NCBI GenBank assembly: GCA_038206295.1
Contig: JBBRAZ010000018.1
Location: 8,728 to 72,727, forward strand
Length of the DNA: 64,000 nt
From: Acidimicrobiales bacterium
Lineage (GTDB): Bacteria > Actinomycetota > Acidimicrobiia > Acidimicrobiales > JBBRAZ01
Reading direction: 5' to 3'
Positions 43,097 to 53,360 of this stretch are shown here, piece after piece (position 1 is the first letter of the stretch; each line of letters opens with the position of its first letter). The position numbers were made by a program, and so were the translations under genes. The notes beneath the pieces were generated by a model. The model was not told where the DNA came from, ran no database searches, and saw nothing but the letters and a program-made list of their open reading frames with translations.

Positions 43097-45740
43097 TCGC
43101 TTCGAGCCCGAGCGGCTGCGCCGGGCCGTCACCTACCGCGCCCGGCGGTGGCTGCTCGTGCGTCGACACCGGTTCGAGCTGCGGCCGCACCCGGCGTTCG
43201 CGCCGACAGCGGTCGAGCTCCGCTCGGGCAGCACGTTGCCGGAGCGCACCGTGGTGCTGCGCGTGACGGCCGCGGCCGGTGACCCCCACGACCTCCGCCT
43301 CTTCGCACACGACCGTCACGGGCGAGGGCGGCTCGTGCACGAGATCCCGCACACCGAGGCCGGCGTGGCGGTCGACCGGCTCGTCAACCTGCCCACCCAG
43401 CTCACCGATCTGTACGTGGTCGACGCTGAAGCTGCCCGAGCGTTCACCGGCGAGGTCGAGGCGCTCGAGCTCGGCCGCGTGCCGTTGCTGGTGTGGCTCA
43501 TGGTCGCTCGCTCCCGGCGACCGACGTCGCGCGACCGAGCGGCGCCGGTCGCGGTGGCCAGGAGGGCAGGCGAGATCCTCGCCTCACACGGGCCTCGCGG
43601 GGTGCTGGAGCGCCTGTACCAGAGCCACATCGCGCGCGCCGACCCCCGACCCGGGCGCGTGCGCCTCTCGAGCGATCCGATCACCGCCAAGCGCACGGTC
43701 GACGGTGCTGATCCGCAGCTCGTGCAGCGCCACCACCGTTCTGCGGAGACGGACCTGGCTCGCCTGCTCGCCAGCGACCAGCGGGTCGTGCTCCCGCGTG
43801 CCGACGACCCAGAGGTGACGGTGGTGCTCGTGACGTGGGGCGGCGACGCGCTCACCCTCCAGGGCCTGCGAGCGCTCGCCACCAGCGTCGACGTCTCGAT
43901 CGAGGTGGTGATCGTCGACAACGGCTCGACCGATCAGACCCTCGCGCTGCTCGACCGCGTCGACGGCGCCACCATCATCCGCAACGGCGAGAACCTCGGC
44001 TACCAGGTGGCGTGCAACCAGGGCGCGTCTGCGGGGTCCGGCGAGTTCGTGCTCCTGTGCAACACCGATGCCGAGGTGCGGCCGCACGCCATCGCGGCTG
44101 CTGTCGCCGCAGCGCGCGCCCGCGGCGCCTGGGTCGTCGGTGGTCCGGTCGTCGCGCTCGACGGCCTCCTGCAGGAGGCCGGGGGCATCATGTGGTCCGA
44201 TGGCTCCTGCGAGGGATTCGGTCGGGGGCTGCGCCCCGACCGCGACGAGTTCCAGCACCCGCGCCCGGTCGACTACATCTCCGGGGTGTTCCTGCTCGCC
44301 CGCCGCGACCGCTGGGACGAGCTGGGTGGCCTCGACGAGCGGTACCACCCCGCGTACTACGAGGATGCGGACCTGTGCTTCCGGACGTGGGAGCGGGGTG
44401 GCTCGGTGTGGTACGAGCCCGAGGCATCGGTGATGCACGTGGAGCACGGCCTGGTGGCATCGGTCGATCGAGCGCGGCAGCTGATGCGCGAGCGCCGGGA
44501 GATCTTCAGGGAGATCCACGGGGCGTCGCTGGCGGAGCAGGAGCCACCCGATCGGTCCCGGCGGCTCCACGCGGCCTTGCGCGATCGCACGAGGCTCCGG
44601 GTGCTGGTGGTGGACGACCGCGTCCCGTTCGCCGATGAGGGCAGCGGGGCGCCCCGCATGGCGGCCATGGTCTCGGCGCTCGTCGAGCTGGGTTCGGTGG
44701 TCACGTTCTTCGCAAAGCTGCTGCCATCTGCCGGGCACCGTGATCCGCACGAGGTGCTGCCCCGCGAGGTCGAGGCGCTCGTCGGTCGAGGCATGACCGC
44801 CCTCGGCGAGCTCCTGCGCGAGCGCCGCGACCTCTACGACGTCGTGCTGATCAGCCGCCCGGCCAACATGGTCGACCTTCGTGCGATGCTCGACCAGGAG
44901 CCGGATCTTCTCGGCCGGAGCAAGCTGGTGTACGACGCCGAGGCCGTGGAGGCGCATCGCCTGGCGCTGGCGGCGCAGGTCGCCGGGGAGCCGATGTCGG
45001 CCTCCGCGGTGCAGGCGCTGGTTCGGCGCGAGGTCCAGCTCGCCGAGGTCGCATCGCTCGTGCTCGCGGTGTCCGAGCCCGAGGCGGCGGACTTCGTCGC
45101 CCACGGTGTCGAGCCGGTGGCGGTGGTCGGTCACGCTGTGGCGCCCGCGCCGGCGCCGGGGCGTGGTGGCCGGACATCGCTGCTCTTCGTCGGCAACCTG
45201 CGGTACACGACCCTGCCGAACGTGGACGGCCTGTGCTGGTTCCTCGACGAGGTCCTGCCGAAGCTCGTGGTCGAGCTGGCGGCGAGGGATCTCCCCATCC
45301 CTGAGGTGCGGGTCGTGGGCAGCACCACCCCGACCACCGAGGCGATGCTCGCGCACGAGGGAGCGATCCTCCTCGGAGCGGTGGCCGATCTGCGTGCCGA
45401 GTACGACCGTGCAGCGGTGTTCATCGCGCCGACACGCTTCGGTGCCGGCATCCCCCTCAAGGTCGTCGACGCGGCAGCGCACGGGGTTCCCGTCGCTGCG
45501 ACGGACCTGATCACCGCGCAGCTCCGCTGGCCGGACGGAGCGATCGTCGCGACGCCGGTGGACGGCGCAGCGATGGCGGTGGCGATCGCGGACCTCCTCG
45601 GAGACGACGCCGCCTGGGTGGCGCAGCGCACCGCTGCGCTCGAGCAGGTCGAGCGGTCGTGGTCGCACGAGGCTCTGCGAGCTGCGATGCGCACCGTGCT
45701 GGAGGGCTGCGGCCCGGAGCCGCTCTGGCGCCGCCGCTGA
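43086..45740 (+). CDS. Multidomain glycosyltransferase: unknown N-domain, then GT2, then a GT4-like domain
   Basis: GT2: VTVVLVTWGG...VVIVDNGSTDQT...LLCNTDAEV...YYEDADLCFR. C-terminal GT-B-like: LRVLVVDDRVP...LLFVGNLRY...FIAPTRFGAGIPLKVVDAAAHGVPVAAT. 884 aa. Confidence 0.8.
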   Translation: MSSDRFEPERLRRAVTYRARRWLLVRRHRFELRPHPAFAPTAVELRSGSTLPERTVVLRVTAAAGDPHDLRLFAHDRHGRGRLVHEIPHTEAGVAVDRLVNLPTQLTDLYVVDAEAARAFTGEVEALELGRVPLLVWLMVARSRRPTSRDRAAPVAVARRAGEILASHGPRGVLERLYQSHIARADPRPGRVRLSSDPITAKRTVDGADPQLVQRHHRSAETDLARLLASDQRVVLPRADDPEVTVVLVTWGGDALTLQGLRALATSVDVSIEVVIVDNGSTDQTLALLDRVDGATIIRNGENLGYQVACNQGASAGSGEFVLLCNTDAEVRPHAIAAAVAAARARGAWVVGGPVVALDGLLQEAGGIMWSDGSCEGFGRGLRPDRDEFQHPRPVDYISGVFLLARRDRWDELGGLDERYHPAYYEDADLCFRTWERGGSVWYEPEASVMHVEHGLVASVDRARQLMRERREIFREIHGASLAEQEPPDRSRRLHAALRDRTRLRVLVVDDRVPFADEGSGAPRMAAMVSALVELGSVVTFFAKLLPSAGHRDPHEVLPREVEALVGRGMTALGELLRERRDLYDVVLISRPANMVDLRAMLDQEPDLLGRSKLVYDAEAVEAHRLALAAQVAGEPMSASAVQALVRREVQLAEVASLVLAVSEPEAADFVAHGVEPVAVVGHAVAPAPAPGRGGRTSLLFVGNLRYTTLPNVDGLCWFLDEVLPKLVVELAARDLPIPEVRVVGSTTPTTEAMLAHEGAILLGAVADLRAEYDRAAVFIAPTRFGAGIPLKVVDAAAHGVPVAATDLITAQLRWPDGAIVATPVDGAAMAVAIADLLGDDAAWVAQRTAALEQVERSWSHEALRAAMRTVLEGCGPEPLWRRR

Positions 45741-45804
45741 GGTTCCCCGCTGCGGGCACCTGCACCGTCCGGGATGCGATCGGCCCGGGCGTACACTTCG
45801 GCCG

Positions 45805-47028
45805 GTGAGCATCAGCATCGTCCTCGAGCGCGACGACCGGCTCGACCGCACCACCTCCCTCGAGGTTCAGGTGATCGGTGGCGTGCTGCTGGTGACCGCG
45901 AGCCTGCGGGCGGGAGATGAGCTGGTCGTCCGCACGCCGCACCGGTTGCTCGGAACGGAACGTGCAGTCGGGGACGGGCCGGTCACCGTTGCGGTCCCCG
46001 CACTCATCCTCCCGCGCCGCTTCGAGGTGATCGTCGCCGTTCGCCGTGACGGCAAGCCGCATCGCCTCGCATCGCTCGCCGGCACCGCCAGCGTGCCGGT
46101 CGTCGCCTCCGACGCGGCGGTGCGCCCGCTGCTGGTCGCTGGCCTGGCCCGCGGGGGCACGACACTGCTGATGCGGCTGCTTCGTGAGCACCCGGCGCTG
46201 CTCGTGGTCGATGCGTACCCCTACGAGCAGCGTCACGCTGCGGTGCTGTTCCACCAGCTGCTCGCCACCGCAGCACCCGGTCTCGGGAGCGTGGCGCTTC
46301 CCGCAGGGTCGATCGGCCGATCTCGCGAGCCGGGGCCCATCGGCAACCCGTACTTCCGTCCAGAGCTGCCCCTGTTCCGGTTCCTCGCCACCGAGCACCT
46401 GGCGGCGAGGGCGCGGATGACCGCCGAGCTGGTGGATCTGCTGTACCGGGAGGTCGGAGGGCAGGCGGGAAGGCCGGCAGCGACGCACTTCGTCGAGAAG
46501 TTCGTCGGGCCGGTCCTGACGTGTGCGATGGACCACTGCTACGGGCGCACCGCCGAGCTGGTGCTCGTGCGTGACGCGCGTGATGCGGCGGTGTCGCAGC
46601 AGTCGTTCAACGAGCGGCGGGGCTTCGACGGCTTCGGCATCGGCGGCGACGAGCTCGTGGCCGTCGCTCAGCGGATCGCGAGCGCGCACCTCCAGCAGTA
46701 CAACGATCGTGTGGCCTCGAGGCCCGATCAGGTCGCGCTCATCCGCTACGAGGATCTGGTGCGCGACCCGGTGGCGACGCTCGACGCGGCGCTGGGAGGT
46801 CTCGGCCTCGGTGTCGACGGATCGGTGCTGGGCGCCATGGTCGAGGTGGCGCTCGGTGATGTGGAGATGCAGCGCTCCCACATGACGTCCTCGAGCGCCA
46901 GCGCGTCGATCGGGCGGTGGCGAGAGGTCGTCGACGACGCGCAGGCCGCGGCGCTCGACGACGCGCTCGAGGTCTTCGACCGGACCTACGGCTACGGCCG
47001 GTGGGCCGGCGGCGGCACGAGTGCCTGA
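45805..47028 (+). CDS. Sulfotransferase-family protein with a ~110-aa N-terminal extra domain
   Basis: PAPS 5-prime-phosphosulfate loop GLARGGTTLLMRLL and 3-prime-phosphate motif LVRDARDAAVSQ. Later YEDLVRDP. Confidence 0.7.
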   Translation: MSISIVLERDDRLDRTTSLEVQVIGGVLLVTASLRAGDELVVRTPHRLLGTERAVGDGPVTVAVPALILPRRFEVIVAVRRDGKPHRLASLAGTASVPVVASDAAVRPLLVAGLARGGTTLLMRLLREHPALLVVDAYPYEQRHAAVLFHQLLATAAPGLGSVALPAGSIGRSREPGPIGNPYFRPELPLFRFLATEHLAARARMTAELVDLLYREVGGQAGRPAATHFVEKFVGPVLTCAMDHCYGRTAELVLVRDARDAAVSQQSFNERRGFDGFGIGGDELVAVAQRIASAHLQQYNDRVASRPDQVALIRYEDLVRDPVATLDAALGGLGLGVDGSVLGAMVEVALGDVEMQRSHMTSSSASASIGRWREVVDDAQAAALDDALEVFDRTYGYGRWAGGGTSA

Positions 47029-47073
47029 GCGACCTCAGGTCGAGGTGGCGTCGGGGCGCGTTCCAGGTCGGGA

Positions 47074-48261
47074 TCAGGCGCCGGGCTGGCGGCGTCGCTC
47101 GCGCCTCGCCTGGAGGCTGAAGCGCACCAGCGGCCCGAGCACCAGCAGCATCGCAACCAGGCCCGCACCGACCAGCAGCGTGGCTTGGCGCGAGCTGTCC
47201 GCAGCGGCCTCGGCGGCGGTGTTGTCGACTTCGGCGCGGCCGGCGCGCAGGTCCCGGTAGCGGACGTCGAGCCCGTCGGCGAGCACCGAGGTGCCGTCGT
47301 CGAGCTGGACCACGCGGGTCACCCCGAAGCGCGATCCCTCATCGACCGTGTCGCCGACCAGCGAGGCGAGCTCGAGGAGGGTGAGCTCCACCTCGCTCGA
47401 TCCGGTCGACACGTTCAAGGTCAGCCGAGCGGTCCACGGCTTGCCGTCGATGGCCACCGTGGTCCCGGCCGCGTCTCGGGCGGTGACCCCGTCGGTGCCG
47501 ATGACGAGCGACAGCGCGCGTGGTGCGCGCAGGTCGTCGGTGGTGCGCATGACGACCTCGTCGACCGTCGAGGTGACGGGGATCGCGCCGAGCGCTGTGG
47601 GTGGGGCGTCCACGACGGTGATGCGGATGCCGGTGCCGGTGCGGGTCACCGCCGGGCCCGATGGGAGGAGTCCTGCGCTGGTGGTCGGGGCTCCGTCGGC
47701 ATCGAGGGTGACCGCGAGCGACGGCGTGCGGAGGCCGCCGTAGGGGATGCCGGTGAGCTGGTTCACGTCGATGGGTGCCAGCGCGACCTGGGCGGTGCCG
47801 GCCTCTTCACGTTGGACCGATCTGACGTGCATGCCCCCTGAGTTGGTCGGGCGACCGGGGACGTCGATGGCGACGCCCTCCTCCTCGATGGCGGTGGCAG
47901 CGGTGCCCGACGGGGTGGCCTCCGTGCCGTTCAGCGTGGCGATGGCGGAGGAGGGGACCCCGTCGTTGGTCATCATCGTGACGCGGATCGGGTCCGGCTG
48001 CCATCCGATCGTGGACATGCGGATCGCCCAGTCGTCGAGGTCGGTGCCCTCGGAGGTGATCAGGTGGTAGCGGTTCGTCGGCGACTCGTCGCGCCACACG
48101 GCGACGATCGGGATGGGTTCGGGACCGGTGTGGAGGTCGGCGATCGCGGCGATGGCCGGAGGCTCGTCGGCGGCGGGCACCTGTGCGGAGGCAGCGGTGG
48201 GAGCGAGCAGCACCAGCGTCGCTGCGATCAGGAGGGCGACGCGGCGCGGCACGTCGACCAT
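47074..48261 (-). CDS. Secreted Thr/Ala/Val-rich protein with a C-terminal TM anchor, unknown function
   Basis: Signal peptide MVDVPRRVALLIAATLVLLAPTAASAQ. C-terminal TLLVGAGLVAMLLVLGPLV followed by RFSLQARRERRRQ. Confidence 0.6.
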   Translation of the reverse strand: MVDVPRRVALLIAATLVLLAPTAASAQVPAADEPPAIAAIADLHTGPEPIPIVAVWRDESPTNRYHLITSEGTDLDDWAIRMSTIGWQPDPIRVTMMTNDGVPSSAIATLNGTEATPSGTAATAIEEEGVAIDVPGRPTNSGGMHVRSVQREEAGTAQVALAPIDVNQLTGIPYGGLRTPSLAVTLDADGAPTTSAGLLPSGPAVTRTGTGIRITVVDAPPTALGAIPVTSTVDEVVMRTTDDLRAPRALSLVIGTDGVTARDAAGTTVAIDGKPWTARLTLNVSTGSSEVELTLLELASLVGDTVDEGSRFGVTRVVQLDDGTSVLADGLDVRYRDLRAGRAEVDNTAAEAAADSSRQATLLVGAGLVAMLLVLGPLVRFSLQARRERRRQPGA

Positions 48262-48309
48262 CCTAGGGGGCGAGCGCGCGGGGGTCGGACGAGGGGGGAA
48301 TTGTCCCCC

Positions 48310-48327
48310 TTGTGCGCCCGTTCACTA
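48310..48327. promoter_or_regulatory. Weak Rex-box-like palindrome upstream of the second nuo operon
   Basis: TTGTGCGCCCGTTCACTA versus TTGTGAA-N4-TTCACAA (5/7 + 6/7). It overlaps the first candidate GTG (48312) of nuoA2 and favours GTG 48339 as the start. Confidence 0.3.
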
Positions 48328-48338
48328 ATCTCGCCCGC

Positions 48339-48704
48339 GTGTCGGACTTCCTGCGGTCCTACCTCACCGTCGGCATCTTCTGCGGCCTTGGCTTCGGCAT
48401 GGTCGCGGCCCTCCTGGGCCTGGGCAGCGTGCTGCGCCCGTCGCGCCCCCAGGGCCAGAAGTACCTGACGTACGAGTCGGGCGTCGATCCGGTGCCCGGC
48501 GGCTGGGGGCAGACGCAGATCCGCTACTACGTGTTCGCGCTCCTCTTCGTGCTCTTCGACGTCGAGGCGGTGTTCATCTTCCCGTGGGCCACCCGCGTCG
48601 AGGCGTACGGCGTGTTCGGCCTGGTCGAGATGGGCATCTTCATCGGGATCCTCGCCCTCGGGCTCATCTACGCGTGGCGCAAGGGGGTCCTCAAGTGGGC
48701 CTAG
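48339..48704 (+). CDS. nuoA: Complex I-like subunit A (operon 2)
   Basis: [23 protein letters not shown]. 121 aa from GTG 48339 (alternative GTG 48312). Confidence 0.85.
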   Translation: MSDFLRSYLTVGIFCGLGFGMVAALLGLGSVLRPSRPQGQKYLTYESGVDPVPGGWGQTQIRYYVFALLFVLFDVEAVFIFPWATRVEAYGVFGLVEMGIFIGILALGLIYAWRKGVLKWA

Positions 48705-49195
48705 TCGACAGCGGCCACTCGCCCAAGGCGCTCACCGCGCTGCTCAACACGGCGCGCAAGTACTCGCTGTGGGTCTACCAGTGGGGCCTCGCGTGCTGCG
48801 CCATCGAGATGGGCGCCGCCTTCGTATCGCCGCGCTACGACATCATGCGCCTGGGTGTGATCCCGTTCCCCGCCAGCCCCCGCCAGGCTGACCTGGTCAT
48901 CGTCTCGGGCACGCTCACCGACAAGATGGTGCCGTCGCTCGTCCGCCTCTACGAGCAGATGCCGGACCCGAAGTACGTCATCTCCATGGGATCGTGCGCC
49001 AACTGCGGCGGTCCTTACTGGGACAGCTACTCGGTGACCAAGGGCGTCGACCAGGTGCTGCCCGTCGACGTGTACATCCCTGGCTGCCCGCCGCGGCCCG
49101 AGGCGCTGCTCGAGGGCGTGATCCTGCTCCAGGAGCGGATCCAGAACGAGGACCCGGTCGAGCGCTGGAAGGGTGATCCCATTGTCGTCGGCTGA
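48695..49195 (+). CDS. nuoB: Complex I-like subunit B (operon 2)
   Basis: [34 protein letters not shown]. Confidence 0.9.
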   Translation: MGLVDSGHSPKALTALLNTARKYSLWVYQWGLACCAIEMGAAFVSPRYDIMRLGVIPFPASPRQADLVIVSGTLTDKMVPSLVRLYEQMPDPKYVISMGSCANCGGPYWDSYSVTKGVDQVLPVDVYIPGCPPRPEALLEGVILLQERIQNEDPVERWKGDPIVVG

Positions 49196-49868
49196 CGCGG
49201 GCACCGAGGTCGAAGCGGTCGACGCGCCCCGCGACGAGGCGCTCGATGCCCTTCTGGCGATCTTCGGCGACGCGCTCGGCGACTCCGTGGTCGGCAGCCA
49301 CCAGCGCCCCGGAGGCGACCTGTGGGTCCGCGTCGCCGCCGAGGCGTGGGTCGCCGCCGGCGAGTGCGCACGGCACCGCGCCAAGCGACCGTTCTTCGAC
49401 TTCCTCTCCGTCATCGACTGGCTGCCGTCGCCGTTCGGGCGGGAGATGGACAGCGAGGTCGACACCATCGTCCACGGCGCCGCGGACAAGGAGGCACCGG
49501 CGATGGCCACCGGCGTCGCCGGCGGCGACACCCGGTTCCAGGTCTTCGCTCGGGTGGCGCCCGCGGGCCCCGGCCCCGGCGTGGTGCTCAAGGTCGACGT
49601 CCCCGATGACACGATGACGCTGCCCACGTGGGTGCCGGTGTACGTCGGTGCCGACTGGCACGAGCGCGAGGCGTGGGAGATGTACGGCGTGACCTTCGCC
49701 GGTCACCCCTACCTGCGCCACATCTACCTCCCCGGCGAGTTCGAGGGCCACCCGGGCCGCAAGGACTTCCCGCTCCTGGCGCGCAAGGTCAAGCCGTGGC
49801 CCGGCATCGTGGACGTCGAGCCAATGCCCGGCGCTGCCGATGACGAGGACTCGGAGGCGAGCGAGTGA
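49173..49868 (+). CDS. nuoC: Complex I-like subunit C (operon 2)
   Basis: [37 protein letters not shown]. Internal ~25-aa insertion and acidic tail. Start uncertain (GTG 49173 or TTG 49182). Confidence 0.85.
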   Translation: MIPLSSADAGTEVEAVDAPRDEALDALLAIFGDALGDSVVGSHQRPGGDLWVRVAAEAWVAAGECARHRAKRPFFDFLSVIDWLPSPFGREMDSEVDTIVHGAADKEAPAMATGVAGGDTRFQVFARVAPAGPGPGVVLKVDVPDDTMTLPTWVPVYVGADWHEREAWEMYGVTFAGHPYLRHIYLPGEFEGHPGRKDFPLLARKVKPWPGIVDVEPMPGAADDEDSEASE

Positions 49869-51037
49869 CCGCCATCACCGACCGCGAGATGCGCGCGTAC
49901 GTGAGCCAGCAGGCAGCCGACGCACGCGTGAACGTCGAGATCGAGACCGAGGGGATGACCCTCAACATCGGCCCGCAGCACCCCGCCACGCACGGCACCC
50001 TGCGCATCGTCGTGAAGCTCGACGGCGAGCAGGTGATCGCGGCCGAGCCGATCATGGGCTACATGCACCGGGGCTACGAGAAGCTCACCGAGGTCCGGAC
50101 GTACCCCCAGATCACGACGCTCATCAACCGCATCGACTGGGTCGGCAGCTTCGCCAACGAGGTCCCGTTCGTCCTCGCCGCGGAGCAGCTCATGGAGGTC
50201 GAGGCCCCCGAGCGAGCCCAGTGGATCCGCACGATCCTCTTCGAGATGAGCCGCATCGCCAACATCGTGCTCTTCCTCGGCGACCTCGGCGCCCAGCTCG
50301 GCGGCGTCACGGCGGTCTTCTACGCCTTCCGCGACCGCGAGTACGTCCTCAACCAGATCGAGTCGCTGACCGGTGGCCGGTTCCACCCCAACTTCGACCG
50401 CATCGGCGGCCTGAAGGACGACCTGCCGAAGGGCTGGGTCGAGGAGACCAAGGTCGTGATGGAGAAGGTCCGTGGCTTCTGCGACGAGATCGAGGACCTG
50501 CTCGTCGGCAACGAGATCTTCCAGGCCCGCACCCGGGGGATCGGCGTCATCCCGCCCGAGGTCGGCCTCGCCTACGGCCTGTCGGGGCCCAACATCCGCG
50601 CCAGCGGTGTCGACTGGGACCTGCGCCGCGACGCGCCCTGCGGCCTCGTCTACGACGAGCTGGACTGGAAGGTCTGGACGCACCCCGACGGCGTCTCGTT
50701 CGCCCGCACCTGGGTGCGGCTCCAGGAGACCCGTGAGGCGACGAAGATCGTCGACCAGCTCCTCGACGGCCTGCCCGGCGGGCCGATCATGGCCAAGGTG
50801 CCGCGCATCATCAAGGTGCCTGCGGGCGAGGCCTACGTCGAGACGGAGAACCCGCTCGGTGCCATGGGCTACTACGTGGTGTCCAAGGGCGACCTCAACC
50901 CGTTCCGGGTCAAGATCCGCTCGGCGTCGTTCAACAACGTCTCGATCGTGCCGTGGATCATGCGCGGCGTCTACGTGCCCGACGTGATCACGATCCTCGC
51001 CTCGCTGTACTTCATCCTGGGGGACATCGACCGGTGA
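49865..51037 (+). CDS. nuoD: Complex I-like subunit D (operon 2), HRG-type
   Basis: [24 protein letters not shown] (Arg codon 50069-50071), C-terminal [13 protein letters not shown]. Confidence 0.92.
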   Translation: MTAITDREMRAYVSQQAADARVNVEIETEGMTLNIGPQHPATHGTLRIVVKLDGEQVIAAEPIMGYMHRGYEKLTEVRTYPQITTLINRIDWVGSFANEVPFVLAAEQLMEVEAPERAQWIRTILFEMSRIANIVLFLGDLGAQLGGVTAVFYAFRDREYVLNQIESLTGGRFHPNFDRIGGLKDDLPKGWVEETKVVMEKVRGFCDEIEDLLVGNEIFQARTRGIGVIPPEVGLAYGLSGPNIRASGVDWDLRRDAPCGLVYDELDWKVWTHPDGVSFARTWVRLQETREATKIVDQLLDGLPGGPIMAKVPRIIKVPAGEAYVETENPLGAMGYYVVSKGDLNPFRVKIRSASFNNVSIVPWIMRGVYVPDVITILASLYFILGDIDR

Positions 51038-52074
51038 GCGTGCTGGCGGACATCTCCGCACTCGATCCGTACTGGGCCCAGACCGTCCTCAAGGGCGCCG
51101 TCGTCGCGCTCGTCATCCCGACGGGCGCGCTCATCTTGGGCTGGACGTTCCTGTTCAAGATGATGGCGCACATGCAGAGCCGGCACGGCCCGATGGAGGC
51201 CGGCCCGCACGGCCTGCTCCAGCTCCTCGCCGAGGGCGTGAAGTTCCTCCAGAAGGAGGACCTCACCCCCGACGGAGCCGACTTGCGCGTCTTCCGCTGG
51301 GCGCCGGCAGTGGTGCTCGTGAGCACCTTCCTGCTCTACGTCGTCATCCCCGTCGGCCCCGACCTCATCGTCGAGGACCTGCCGACCGGCATCTACTACG
51401 CGCTGGCGGTCTCGTCGCTGTCGGTCATCGGCATCCTGATGGCGGGCTGGGGCTCGGCCAACAAGTACTCGCTGCTCGGCGGCCTGCGCGCCGCAGGCCA
51501 GCTCATCGCGTACGAGCTGCCGATGGTGCTCGCGGTGGTCGGCGTGGTCATCCAGGCGGGCACGCTGTCGATGCAGGGCATCGTCTACGCCCAGGCCGAG
51601 GGCTCCATCTTCGGCATCGACTGGTTCGGCAACCCGTTCATCATCACGCAGATCGTCGGGTTCGGGATCTTCCTCGTCGCCATCCAGGCCGAGCTCACGC
51701 AGCCGCCGTTCGACATGCCGGTCGCCGAGTCCGAGATCGTGGGCGGCTACCAGGTCGAGTACTCGGGCTTCCGCTTCCTCATCTTCTTCATGGGCGAGTT
51801 CGGCACGGCGTTCGCCTTCGCAGCCATCACCTCGGTGCTGTTCCTCGGCGGCTGGTCGGTGCCGTTCATCGACCCGAGCGACAACATCATGAACGTCATC
51901 GGGCCGATCGCCATGCTGACGAAGGTCATGTTCGTGTCGTTCCTCATCTTCTGGGCGCGGTTCACCTATCCCCGCTTCCGCGAGGACCAGCTCCAGAAGC
52001 TGGCGTGGAAGGTCCTCATCCCGCTCTCGCTCGTCAACATCGTCGTCACCGCGGTCCTGAAGGTGGTGTTCTGA
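51034..52074 (+). CDS. nuoH: Complex I-like subunit H (operon 2)
   Basis: [54 protein letters not shown] overlap with nuoD2. Confidence 0.92.
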   Translation: MSVLADISALDPYWAQTVLKGAVVALVIPTGALILGWTFLFKMMAHMQSRHGPMEAGPHGLLQLLAEGVKFLQKEDLTPDGADLRVFRWAPAVVLVSTFLLYVVIPVGPDLIVEDLPTGIYYALAVSSLSVIGILMAGWGSANKYSLLGGLRAAGQLIAYELPMVLAVVGVVIQAGTLSMQGIVYAQAEGSIFGIDWFGNPFIITQIVGFGIFLVAIQAELTQPPFDMPVAESEIVGGYQVEYSGFRFLIFFMGEFGTAFAFAAITSVLFLGGWSVPFIDPSDNIMNVIGPIAMLTKVMFVSFLIFWARFTYPRFREDQLQKLAWKVLIPLSLVNIVVTAVLKVVF

Positions 52075-52565
52075 TGCCTCCCAAGCTCCCCGGTCTCATC
52101 AAGGGCCTCGGCGTCACCTTCAAGGAGATGCTGAAGCCGACGGTGACCGTGCAGTACCCGCACGTCAAGGAGGCGCCCCCGACGCGGGCCCGTGGCGTGA
52201 TCGCGCTGCACGAGGAGAACTGCACCGCCTGCATGCTGTGCGTCCGCGAGTGCCCGGACTGGTGCATCTACATCGAGGGCCACAAGGTCCTGGCGCCGCC
52301 GCGACGCGAGGGGGGCAAGCCCCGCGCCAAGAACAAGCTCGACCGCTTCGACATCGACTACGCGCTGTGCATGTACTGCGGCATCTGCGTCGAGGTGTGC
52401 CCGTTCGAGGCGATCTTCTGGAGCCCGGAGTACGAGTTCTCCGAGCCGCGGATCGCGGACCTCCTCCACGACAAGACCCGCCTGGGCGAGTGGATGGAGA
52501 CCGTCCCCGAGTTCGAGCCGTACGAGGCGGGCGCCGAGGTCAAGATCAAGAAGGTGCCGCGCTGA
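52074..52565 (+). CDS. nuoI: Complex I-like subunit I (operon 2)
   Basis: [12 protein letters not shown] and [12 protein letters not shown], separated by a Lys/Arg-rich loop. Confidence 0.9.
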   Translation: MPPKLPGLIKGLGVTFKEMLKPTVTVQYPHVKEAPPTRARGVIALHEENCTACMLCVRECPDWCIYIEGHKVLAPPRREGGKPRAKNKLDRFDIDYALCMYCGICVEVCPFEAIFWSPEYEFSEPRIADLLHDKTRLGEWMETVPEFEPYEAGAEVKIKKVPR

Positions 52566-53056
52566 TGGTGGCCCAGAACATCGCCTTCGGCGTGATCGCC
52601 GCGATCATGATCGGCTCCGCGCTGCGCGTGGTCACCACCCCCAACATCGTGCACGCCGCGCTCTACCTCGTGCTGGTGCTCGCCGGCGCCGCGGCGCAGT
52701 TCCTGCTGCTCGCGGCGGAGTTCGTCGCCGTCACGCAGGTGCTCGTCTACATCGGCGCCATCGTCGTGCTGTTCCTGTTCGGCATCATGCTCACCAAGCG
52801 CGAGATGGGCAGCGAGGACGAGCTCGACAACGACCAGAAGCTTCTCGCCGGCGTCGTCGCCTTCGGTCTGCTCGGCGTGCTCGGTGGCACGTTGTGGGAC
52901 ACGTGGCGCGACGCCGAGTTCGGCGCCATCACGCCGCAGACAACAGCGCAGGTCAGCGACAGCATCTTCGGTCCGTACCTCATCGCGTTCGAGGTCATCT
53001 CGGTCCTCCTCCTCGCCGCCCTCATCGGGGCCATCGTCGTGGCCAGGAGGGACTGA
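52565..53056 (+). CDS. nuoJ: Complex I-like subunit J (operon 2)
   Basis: [20 protein letters not shown]. Start overlaps the nuoI2 stop. Confidence 0.87.
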   Translation: MVAQNIAFGVIAAIMIGSALRVVTTPNIVHAALYLVLVLAGAAAQFLLLAAEFVAVTQVLVYIGAIVVLFLFGIMLTKREMGSEDELDNDQKLLAGVVAFGLLGVLGGTLWDTWRDAEFGAITPQTTAQVSDSIFGPYLIAFEVISVLLLAALIGAIVVARRD

Positions 53057-53057
53057 C

Positions 53058-53357
53058 GTGCTGCTCAACCAGTTCCTCCTCCTCGCCGCCGTCCTGTTCT
53101 GCATCGGCGTCTACGGCGTGCTCGCCCGGCGCAACGGCGTCGCGGTGCTCATGTCCGTCGAGCTCATCTTGAACGCCGTGAACATCAACCTCGTGGCCTT
53201 CGGGGCCTGGCACGGCGACGTGGCCGGCGCCGTCTTCGCCCTGTTCGTGATCGCCGTCGCCGCCGCCGAGGTCGGCGTGGGCCTCGCGATCGTGCTGCTC
53301 CTGTACCGCAACCGCCAGAGCATCGACATCGATGACGTCGATCTCATGAAGGGCTGA
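53058..53357 (+). CDS. nuoK: Complex I-like subunit K (operon 2)
   Basis: 99 aa. [28 protein letters not shown]. Confidence 0.9.
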   Translation: MLLNQFLLLAAVLFCIGVYGVLARRNGVAVLMSVELILNAVNINLVAFGAWHGDVAGAVFALFVIAVAAAEVGVGLAIVLLLYRNRQSIDIDDVDLMKG

Positions 53358-53360
53358 GCT

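Noticed and set aside
40630-48311. The region between the two nuo operons as a horizontally acquired mobile island.
   Set aside because: No integrase, transposase or flanking direct repeats were seen. GC content and codon bias look the same as the neighbours. It is kept only as a functional island.
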